From: an uncultured Acidobacteriota bacterium | GTDB lineage: Bacteria > Acidobacteriota > UBA6911 | DNA length: 64,000 nucleotides | Direction: 5' to 3' | NCBI GenBank assembly: GCA_964441405.1 | Contig: CAYTYP010000013.1 | Span: 23,779-87,778 of the forward strand | In this document: positions 56,698 through 64,000 of the stretch, in pieces | Position numbering within the stretch: the stretch's first letter is position 1 | Layout of the letters: each line of letters starts with the position of its first letter | Position numbers and translations under genes: made by a program | Notes under the pieces: model-generated | The model's input: only the letters and a program-made list of their open reading frames with translations | What the model was told of the DNA's origin: nothing | Database searches by the model: none

Positions 56698-59105
56698 TGT
56701 CCAGTGCACTTGCAATCCATGTGCGCTTTCATGATGGGCGCTATCATGGCGACAGCGACTGGCCTCCGTGTCCCGCCCGGCTTTTTCAGGCACTTGTCAG
56801 CGGCGCCGGGCTCAGTGGCCCGATCAGCGAGAAGTTTTCTAATGCGCTCAAATGGCTGGAGAGCATTCCGCCCCCACTGATCGGTGCGCCGCAAGCGCAG
56901 CGCGGCCAGCGCGTCATGTTTTATATGCCGAACAATGATATGGATATAGTGGGCGGTGATCCGCTACGAATTGCGGAAATTCGCACCGCAAAAAAGTATT
57001 TCCACCCCTATTTATTCGATTTAAATATTCCGTTCCTCTTCCTCTGGCAAAATATAACTGATGAACACACCCATTATGCCAACGAGATTTGCGAGGCTGC
57101 GTACCATCTTTATCAACTCGGTCGTGGCATCGATATGGCATGGGCGTGGGCCGATTTGCTCAACATGGCTAAGGTCGATGAACTACTTGCGAGCTATCCT
57201 GGGCAAATACATCGTCCGTCAACCGGAATCGGCGAAAATCATACAAATACACTTTTATGTCCGCATCCGGGGTCATTGGAGTCCATTTGCAAACGCTACC
57301 AGGCCTATAGTCACAGGTTTATGATTGCGAGGAAAGGCAAGACGGTAAAGCAAACTTTCCAGAAGGCGCCACAAGCGAGCTTCCGGTCCGTTTCATACGA
57401 CAATCCGCCAACACGCTATATTTATGAGCTTCGCAGGTCACCGGATCCGTTGTTGTTTTTTCCGTGGCCATTATCAGAAGTATCGAAGCTTATTGTTTGC
57501 TTGCGGGATGGAGCAGTGGATCGGCTCAAGACGGCGTTGCCTGACCAAGCTGCTCAAATTGATCGTGTGCTTGTAGGGCGAAAGTCTGATGGCACAAATG
57601 CCGGTTCGACAGCCGAACGGGTAAGAATTATTCCTCTACCATCTGTCGGACATCCTCACGCTGATCATGCAATTCGGCGGATTCTGGTTGAAGTGCCCGC
57701 TGCCTGTCCGCTGAGAGCAGATGACGTATCATGGGCATTTTCGGCACTTGTTGAGCCTGTTGATATCGCAACAGGCGAAATATATCCACTCGTTCTGATA
57801 TCCACTGCTGATGAAAATATACTGCGCCACTTTGGCATGGGAGAAAACTCCGAAGCTTCAGTATGGCGCACGATTACGCCAATTGCTGTTCCAGAGGTAG
57901 CCGGCAGGAGAAGAATCGAGCCAACCATACAGCTCGCCCAAGCCAAATCGGGAGCGGAACGTGTTTACGAGCAACATATCGCCGCAGCGTCCATAATCCA
58001 GGCGTTGAGACATGCGGAGATTCGTGAGCAACCCGTGGCAGTCAAGGTTCAGCGAGAACCTTTTGAGGGTAATGGCGAACGGGTGGAAGCCTTTGCTAAC
58101 AGAACAAGATTTTATTCCCGGAGCCTCTGGCATGCCGAGATCACCTTTTTAAAGCCTCTCTCGGGTCCTCTGGTGGTCGGTGACGGTCGCTTCTTCGGCC
58201 TGGGTGTTATGGTTCCAAACGCTTTGAAAAGGACGCATGTTGCCCAATTTGTACTGGATTCTACGGTGTTGCCGCAAATCACTGAGGCGCTGCCGGTGGC
58301 GGAGTCTGCCCGCCGGATATTGATGGGCATAGGCGGCCGTATGTTCTCCGCTCCTGATGGATCGCGGGGGCGTTCTGATGTTTTTTCAGGTAAAAATGAA
58401 AATGGAAGACCGTTGGAAGGGCATGGCCATGCTTATTACCTTCCAACGGATGAGGACCAGGATGGCTATATTGACCATTTGACGATCATTGCAGTTGGTG
58501 GGTTCAACGAGCAGGATCTCAAGGTCCTGGATGCGTTGCGAGAATTAAAAAGCAAAGAGCGGGAAGCATCCGGCCATCCGCTTCGAACTTTACTGATAGG
58601 TATAGGAAGGTTGGACGAATACCGCCCCTACTTGATGCAGCCATCAAGAATATGGCGTTCTGCAACACCATTCATCGCTTCACGCTTTCTTAAAAAGCGA
58701 GGCACAAAACGCGATCCTGTTGAATTCTGGAATAATCCACATGATTTTCTCATTGCTGTTTTGAGGGAGGAAATGGCTAGGTTTATTGCCCGGCGGTTTG
58801 AATTGAAGGATCTAAATCCGGATAAAATCAAGATCAGGCCACTTTTAGATGAAAACAGTGTTTTTCGAATCGGCCGGCAAAATCTTCGACCGATCCAGTT
58901 TAAAAGGTTTCGTCAGAAGAAGGGGGATGATGGAGGCAATCGTCCGGCAGGATCATTTGAAATTGATTTTGGCCGCGATGTTAGCGGTCCTATCGCTCTC
59001 GGCCACTCCTCCCATTTCGGCTTGGGACTGTTTGTTCCGGTAAATGAGCAAAATGAATCTGGCGATGGAACTGTTATTAATGATCCTATTATTGGTATGA
59101 TATGA
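56694..59105 (+). CDS. enlarged Cas5-Cas6 fusion (Csb2-like), 803 aa
   Basis: N-terminus RFHDGRYHGDSDWPPCPARLFQALV resembles the Cas5u/Csb2 family N-terminal signature. Two RAMP-type glycine-rich loops: LVVGDGRFFGLGVMVP mid-protein and ALGHSSHFGLGLFVP near the C-terminus. ATGATG overlap with the upstream gene. Confidence 0.55.
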   Translation: MMSSALAIHVRFHDGRYHGDSDWPPCPARLFQALVSGAGLSGPISEKFSNALKWLESIPPPLIGAPQAQRGQRVMFYMPNNDMDIVGGDPLRIAEIRTAKKYFHPYLFDLNIPFLFLWQNITDEHTHYANEICEAAYHLYQLGRGIDMAWAWADLLNMAKVDELLASYPGQIHRPSTGIGENHTNTLLCPHPGSLESICKRYQAYSHRFMIARKGKTVKQTFQKAPQASFRSVSYDNPPTRYIYELRRSPDPLLFFPWPLSEVSKLIVCLRDGAVDRLKTALPDQAAQIDRVLVGRKSDGTNAGSTAERVRIIPLPSVGHPHADHAIRRILVEVPAACPLRADDVSWAFSALVEPVDIATGEIYPLVLISTADENILRHFGMGENSEASVWRTITPIAVPEVAGRRRIEPTIQLAQAKSGAERVYEQHIAAASIIQALRHAEIREQPVAVKVQREPFEGNGERVEAFANRTRFYSRSLWHAEITFLKPLSGPLVVGDGRFFGLGVMVPNALKRTHVAQFVLDSTVLPQITEALPVAESARRILMGIGGRMFSAPDGSRGRSDVFSGKNENGRPLEGHGHAYYLPTDEDQDGYIDHLTIIAVGGFNEQDLKVLDALRELKSKEREASGHPLRTLLIGIGRLDEYRPYLMQPSRIWRSATPFIASRFLKKRGTKRDPVEFWNNPHDFLIAVLREEMARFIARRFELKDLNPDKIKIRPLLDENSVFRIGRQNLRPIQFKRFRQKKGDDGGNRPAGSFEIDFGRDVSGPIALGHSSHFGLGLFVPVNEQNESGDGTVINDPIIGMI

Positions 59106-59124
59106 GCGTAGAATAATAATTGAA

Positions 59125-59481
59125 TTGTCCGGAACGATAATGAAAGAGATTAAAGAGCTTCAAGAAAAAGAACGGATGGCCCTTGAAGAACTGAAATTGA
59201 GGATCAGCTCGGAATTGCCGGAACCATCTTGCCGGCTCACTCTTTTCGGATCAAAGGCAAGAGGCGATGCTGAGCCCGATTCCGATATTGATGTTCTGGT
59301 TGAATTGGACGCACTCCATGTTTCTCCGGTTTATAAGCGGAAACTGCGGCGCATCGCAGGAGAGTTGTCCATAAAATTCCGCGTTTTGCTTTGTCTCCTC
59401 ATCATTGATCGGAGCACGCGTGAAGAGAAAGGCGATTACGCCATTTTGCAGAATATTCGTGAAGAGGGAATTTCCGTATGA
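59125..59481 (+). CDS. minimal nucleotidyltransferase (MNT/MntA-type antitoxin)
   Basis: LFGSKARGDAEPDSDIDVLV (GSxxxG...DxD) motif. 118 aa. Confidence 0.75.
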   Translation: MSGTIMKEIKELQEKERMALEELKLRISSELPEPSCRLTLFGSKARGDAEPDSDIDVLVELDALHVSPVYKRKLRRIAGELSIKFRVLLCLLIIDRSTREEKGDYAILQNIREEGISV

Positions 59482-59876
59482 GTGGGAAGGAAATTCGCGA
59501 ATTGCTCCAAAAAGCCGACCGAAGCCTTAAGGCTGCTGAAATATTACTGCAACAAGGCTATTGTGACTTCTCCATATCACGCGCCTACTATGCAATGTTT
59601 TATGCCGCGCAGGCTATTCTTCTTACCAAAGATGTTCGTCGAGTAAAACATTCCGGTATTATCGCCGCATTTAATGAATTGTTTGTGCATTCAGGTCAAT
59701 TGCCCCATGATCTCTTTATTTCATTGCGCGATGCTTTTGAGGATCGAGCCGAAGGCGACTACGGTTTAAATGTAATTTCTGAAGAACAAGCTGTCTCGTG
59801 TCTTTTGGAAGCACGTAAATTTGTTGCTGAAATAGACAAGAAATTGGGAGCATGGTCGGAATCCCATGACCATTAG
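59478..59876 (+). CDS. HEPN-domain protein (HepT-type toxin partner)
   Basis: ATGA overlap with the MNT gene. SRAYYAMFYAAQAILL HEPN core helix. 132 aa. Confidence 0.65.
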   Translation: MSGKEIRELLQKADRSLKAAEILLQQGYCDFSISRAYYAMFYAAQAILLTKDVRRVKHSGIIAAFNELFVHSGQLPHDLFISLRDAFEDRAEGDYGLNVISEEQAVSCLLEARKFVAEIDKKLGAWSESHDH

Positions 59877-59906
59877 TCATTTCGGTGGTTTGTTAAGAAC
59901 GATAGA

Positions 59907-60410
59907 TCATTTCATTCTTAATTTTATATCGATCAGGATTGTTGCATCGGCAAGGTGTTGTGTTTCGGAGTAGACGACTATGATGCCTTTGATTTTGCCG
60001 GAGGATTTACCACCGGTGAATTGCTGCTTGAGGTCCTCTGATAGAGCGCTGGACAGGAGCAGTTCTTTTGCTTTATCGGTGAAATAAAAAGTCGTCCGGA
60101 AAGAACCTTTAATAACCGAAAGCCAGAAGATGGTTTTCTTCTTTAGAGTGACTTTCAAAAGCCAGCCTTTCACGTCACGGTAATAGCGCCACTCTCTTGT
60201 AAAATCTGGATGATCGGCGTCGAGATGTTTGAAAAGCGAATTCCATAGCGGTTTCGTTTTCCCGATATGCGCGAAAATAATCTCATCCGTAGGGCGTTCG
60301 TTCGGGTTGGATAAAGCAATCGGTTCCATAAACCATCTCCGGTCGGAAAATTCAAATAATACACTGATTCCATGAGCTATAAAAAAAAGAATCTTTGAAT
60401 ATGAGCGCAC
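59907..60410 (-). CDS. hypothetical protein embedded in the cas locus (opposite strand)
   Basis: 167-aa ORF (the likely start at MEPIALSNPNERP gives about 140 aa). No family recognised by eye. Confidence 0.4.
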   Translation of the reverse strand: MRSYSKILFFIAHGISVLFEFSDRRWFMEPIALSNPNERPTDEIIFAHIGKTKPLWNSLFKHLDADHPDFTREWRYYRDVKGWLLKVTLKKKTIFWLSVIKGSFRTTFYFTDKAKELLLSSALSEDLKQQFTGGKSSGKIKGIIVVYSETQHLADATILIDIKLRMK

Positions 60411-60496
60411 TATTCAATGGGAACCTCTACGCTTTCTTCCAACCAATGATACAGTTGATGAATGAAAGATGAAGTGCGGCCGATATGTAATATCGT

Positions 60497-60787
60497 ATGC
60501 GTACGAGCTATCTGGTTTGCTACGATATTGCCGACGACAAAAGGCTGCGAAGCGTATTCAAAAAAATGCGCAGCTACGGCGATCACCTTCAGTTCTCCGT
60601 TTTCGAGTGCCAGTTGTCTCCGGCCGATCTCGTACGTTGCCGCACGGAACTGGATGCGATCATCAATCATAGGGAAGACCAGGTGCTTTTTGTGAATATC
60701 GGGCCGTCCGAGGGGCGAGGCGATCGGGTGATTACCGCCTTGGGCAAGCCCTACATCCATATAGACAGCCCTTGCATCGTGGTGTGA
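60497..60787 (+). CDS. cas2: Cas2
   Basis: 96 aa. YLVCYDIADDKRLRSVFKKMRSYGDHLQFSVFEC is the Cas2 N-terminal signature. Confidence 0.85.
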   Translation: MRTSYLVCYDIADDKRLRSVFKKMRSYGDHLQFSVFECQLSPADLVRCRTELDAIINHREDQVLFVNIGPSEGRGDRVITALGKPYIHIDSPCIVV

Positions 60788-62562
60788 AAGTGGAAACGAC
60801 TCAGGAAATTTCTAAGGAAGAAGGCAGAGAGCCTGTCCCGGAATACCTGCCCGCCCGTATGCTGAATGAGTTTGTCTATTGTCCGCGGCTTTTTTTCTAT
60901 GAATGGGTAGATGGAGTTTTCGAGGAAAGCGCGGATACGCTTGAAGGAAAAGCCCAGCATAAGAGGGTGGATGAGACGGTTTCATCCCTCCCTGCTCCCG
61001 AAGAACTTGAAGATGAGTCCATGCGTTCGCGGTCCGTAAGCATGTCCAGCGACCGCTATGGAGTGATTGCCCGTATGGACCTGGTGGAGGTTGAAAACGG
61101 AACCGTCACGCCCGTGGATTATAAGCATGGCGATCCCCGGGAGACGAAAACAGGCATCGAACTCTGGCCTGCGGACAAATTTCAATTGGCGACTCAGGGA
61201 TTGATTCTTAAAGACAACGGATACCGGTGCGATGAAGGATTAGTCTATTACTTCAAGACAAAACAAAGAGTACGCGTTCAATTAGATGAATTCCTGATTG
61301 CGGAAACTCTTCAGTTGATCAAGGATGCGCGGACAACAGCCGCCTCCGGACAGATCCCGACTCCATTGACTGATTCGCCAAAATGCCAGGGGTGTTCTCT
61401 TGTAGGCATATGCCTGCCGGATGAAACTTCGGAACTTTCGGCCGCGAGGACGGTTGAGGAGGCCTCCCAGCTTTCATTTTTTGAAGAAAATGAAACGGTA
61501 AAACATGTTTCGTCTTCCGTTCGAAGGCTGATCACGCCCAGGGACGATCTGCGCCCTGTTTATATCAATACACATGGCATGCGCATTGGTAAATCAGGCG
61601 AAGTCCTGCAGATTCGCGACAAGGATGCACTGAAACAGGAAATCAGGATTCATGAGATGTCGCAACTCAATATTATGGGAAATGTCCAGGTGTCCACCCA
61701 GGCGATACAAAGCCTTTGCCAGGAAGACATTCCTATCTGTTATTTTTCTCAGGGCGGCTGGTTCTACGGCATTACGGCCGGAATGAATGTCAAAAATGTC
61801 TTTTTAAGAAAAATTCAATATCGTCTTTCCGATGAAACCTGGTTCGCGCTGTCGTTCGCCAGACAACTCATCTCCGGAAAAATCAAAAATCAACGGACAA
61901 TGCTGCAAAGAAATCATATCGAGCCGAAAGCCATTACTTTACAGCAGATGAAAACGATGGCCGAAAGAGCCGAGCAGGCAGGAAGCCTTGAAGAATTGCT
62001 GGGGATCGAAGGGAACGCGGCAAGATTATATTTCGGCGATTTTAACGGCATGATCAAAGTGGAAGAGGGAGACGAAACCGGCAAACAGTTTGCATTCGAT
62101 TTTTCAAAGAGAAACCGGCGCCCTCCGAGGGATGCGGTGAACGCCATGCTTTCTTATTGCTATAGCCTTCTGGCCAAGGACTGCACGATCGCTTGTTATG
62201 CCGTCGGCTTTGATCCGATGATGGGCTTTTACCATCAACCCCGCTTTGGGAGACCATCCCTTGCTCTTGACCTGATGGAACCGTTTCGCCCCCTTATCGG
62301 CGATTCCGTGACGCTCAGCGCTATCAATAATCGCATGGTGCAGAGTAGGGATTTTGTGGAAGCAGGGCCTTCGGTTTCACTTACACCCTCAGGGCGAAAA
62401 GGTCTGTTGCATGCTTATGAATTACGCATGGATGCACTTGTCACTCACCCGATCTTTGATTATCGCGTAAGTTATCGTAGACTGTTGGAGATTCAGGCAA
62501 GGCTGCTTGCTCGATATTTGAATAATGAGATTGCCGAATATCCGGTATTTGTAACTCGATGA
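60772..62562 (+). CDS. cas1: Cas4-Cas1 fusion protein
   Basis: N-terminal Cas4 RecB-nuclease/Fe-S part (LNEFVYCPRLFFYEW ... CQGCSLVGIC). C-terminal Cas1 motifs (LGIEGNAARLYF, VNAMLSYCYSLL, ALDLMEPFRPLIGD). The exact start is ambiguous (TTG 60772, GTG 60784/60790 or ATG 60859). Confidence 0.85.
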   Translation: MHRGVKVETTQEISKEEGREPVPEYLPARMLNEFVYCPRLFFYEWVDGVFEESADTLEGKAQHKRVDETVSSLPAPEELEDESMRSRSVSMSSDRYGVIARMDLVEVENGTVTPVDYKHGDPRETKTGIELWPADKFQLATQGLILKDNGYRCDEGLVYYFKTKQRVRVQLDEFLIAETLQLIKDARTTAASGQIPTPLTDSPKCQGCSLVGICLPDETSELSAARTVEEASQLSFFEENETVKHVSSSVRRLITPRDDLRPVYINTHGMRIGKSGEVLQIRDKDALKQEIRIHEMSQLNIMGNVQVSTQAIQSLCQEDIPICYFSQGGWFYGITAGMNVKNVFLRKIQYRLSDETWFALSFARQLISGKIKNQRTMLQRNHIEPKAITLQQMKTMAERAEQAGSLEELLGIEGNAARLYFGDFNGMIKVEEGDETGKQFAFDFSKRNRRPPRDAVNAMLSYCYSLLAKDCTIACYAVGFDPMMGFYHQPRFGRPSLALDLMEPFRPLIGDSVTLSAINNRMVQSRDFVEAGPSVSLTPSGRKGLLHAYELRMDALVTHPIFDYRVSYRRLLEIQARLLARYLNNEIAEYPVFVTR

Positions 62563-62747
62563 TTGATGCTGCGAGCGGTTAGGTAATGAAGAAAAAGCAG
62601 GAGGCGTTCGCATCCGGGTTTAGCTATAAAAACAAAGCACTTACGTTGATCGGCGATTCTTACTAGAAATATATTATGTTGTTATTAGGCAAGCGTTCGA
62701 AAGGCACAACCCAGATCTTTGAAAATATGAGTTTTATGCGAGAAGCT
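62563..62747 (+). promoter_or_regulatory. CRISPR leader
   Basis: 185-bp AT-rich non-coding segment between the cas4-cas1 stop and the first repeat. Confidence 0.6.
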
Positions 62748-64000
62748 ATTTCCGCGATTGAAAGATCGCGGCCCCATTGAAGCGACCAAACCATAGCGCA
62801 CCCGGCAACCAGGATCGAAATTTCCGCGATTGAAAGATCGCGGCCCCATTGAAGCGTGCAAATTTGCACAAGGTCGGTTCTGGCGCCCTGATTTCCGCGA
62901 TTGAAAGATCGCGGCCCCATTGAAGCTCTGCGGGATGCACGAATACCAGCGAGAGCCGCCCGATTTCCGCGATTGAAAGATCGCGGCCCCATTGAAGCCA
63001 GGTTATAGGGTAGAGGTCTATCCAATTCGGAGCTATTTCCGCGATTGAAAGATCGCGGCCCCATTGAAGCACCATTTCATCCTGGCCGTGCGTGATGTTT
63101 TCAGGCATATTTCCGCGATTGAAAGATCGCGGCCCCATTGAAGCTTGATGTGTCATTTCGCGTCTCCTTTTTCGATTTTGATTTCCGCGATTGAAAGATC
63201 GCGGCCCCATTGAAGCTGATATAACGGCAACGTCAATTGGTTGTGTTCAACCACATCCAGATTTCCGCGATTGAAAGATCGCGGCCCCATTGAAGCATTG
63301 GAACGGATATCACAAAGACCATGCTCGATAGATTTCCGCGATTGAAAGATCGCGGCCCCATTGAAGCATGTAGGCCCGGACGGTGAAGGGCGTTCCAGGC
63401 GTGCATTTCCGCGATTGAAAGATCGCGGCCCCATTGAAGCTTTGGAATTTTCGGTGGATTTTGATTCAATGGGTCGGATTTCCGCGATTGAAAGATCGCG
63501 GCCCCATTGAAGCTCGTAGTGCTGTCGTTCCTGTCTCTTGTGCTGATCAATTTCCGCGATTGAAAGATCGCGGCCCCATTGAAGCATTCCGTCAATCGTT
63601 CCTGTTGGCGTCTCGGTGTATGATTTCCGCGATTGAAAGATCGCGGCCCCATTGAAGCTCCCCGCTACCATTCGCGGACATTTTCATCCGTTAATTTCCG
63701 CGATTGAAAGATCGCGGCCCCATTGAAGCCGCCCGTAACAAGCGGGTCGGTCTGCGCCTTGATTAATTTCCGCGATTGAAAGATCGCGGCCCCATTGAAG
63801 CCCGTGTGGATTTCCAGGGGCGGCTCCTCATCTTCCCAATTTCCGCGATTGAAAGATCGCGGCCCCATTGAAGCTATAAAACTGACGGCTTTGTACAAGC
63901 AGGCGTTGCGTGAATTTCCGCGATTGAAAGATCGCGGCCCCATTGAAGCACTGCTCCGATAATCGGTTTAATACTCTCTACTTCCAATTTCCGCGATTGA
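62748..64000 (+). CRISPR. CRISPR array, 36-bp repeat ATTTCCGCGATTGAAAGATCGCGGCCCCATTGAAGC; 17 complete repeats plus a truncated 18th at the window edge
   Basis: Repeats start at 62748, 62820, 62891, 62963, 63035, 63109, 63181, 63261, 63332, 63405, 63478, 63550, 63623, 63694, 63766, 63839, 63914 and 63987 (truncated). Spacers are 35-39 nt, with one of 44 nt. The repeat has an internal 7-bp palindrome CCGCGAT/ATCGCGG. Confidence 0.95.

Noticed and set aside
60410-60760. 116-aa minus ORF
   Set aside because: Antisense to cas2, and no motifs.
51669-62562. Considered type I-C or I-E instead of I-G
   Set aside because: The Cas3 HD domain is C-terminal (it is N-terminal in I-C and I-E). There is no cas8c or cse1/cse2, and Cas4 is fused to Cas1. 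All of this points to I-G-like.
62663-63943. Multiple minus-strand ORFs (MGPRSFNRGN... repeats)
   Set aside because: These are translations of the CRISPR repeats. The periodic identical peptides derive from the 36-bp repeat.

Overview
The 64-kb window looks like chromosomal DNA from an Acidobacteria-like bacterium. The lineage call is an inference from three paralogous secreted 'VWFA-related acidobacterial domain' proteins and a TPR partner at 42.6-49.6 kb. Genes are dense on the + strand.

Left third: a truncated CoA-transferase B-subunit gene, two unannotated desulforedoxin-like micro-ORFs in tandem, an L-arabinose utilisation cluster (GalM-like mutarotase, Na+/solute symporter, araB, araD, FucI-type isomerase), sugar-nucleotide epimerases, an RRM RNA-binding protein and a propionate-CoA-transferase-like gene.

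Middle: a redox island. It holds a three-gene tungsten aldehyde oxidoreductase cluster (Tat-FeS subunit, AOR catalytic subunit, FAD subunit) whose catalytic gene carries a +1 frameshift. It also holds a vapBC module plus an orphan Phd/YefM antitoxin, and a molybdenum-hydroxylase locus. That locus has an XdhC/YqeB-like gene, 2Fe-2S, MoCo and FAD subunits, and two extra paralogous MoCo large subunits. Between them lies a small operon: a URO-D-family gene, a receiver-only response regulator and a second divergent AOR.

Right end: a CRISPR-Cas locus whose hallmarks (Cas3 with C-terminal HD, Cas4-Cas1 fusion) indicate subtype I-G (formerly I-U). Its effector gene set is atypical: three translationally coupled ORFs of 305, 412 and 803 aa where cas8u2, csb1 and csb2 are expected. 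A HEPN/MNT pair and an opposite-strand hypothetical gene sit between the effector and adaptation modules. cas2 precedes cas4-cas1. A 36-bp-repeat array (17 full repeats plus a truncated 18th) runs off the window edge.

Immediately upstream of cas3, a WYL-domain regulator gene is split by a ~294-bp TIR/TSD-flanked miniature insertion. A family of conserved GCCACGGAAT...ATTCCGTGGC terminator-like palindromes, including two near-identical ~100-bp copies, punctuates the window.
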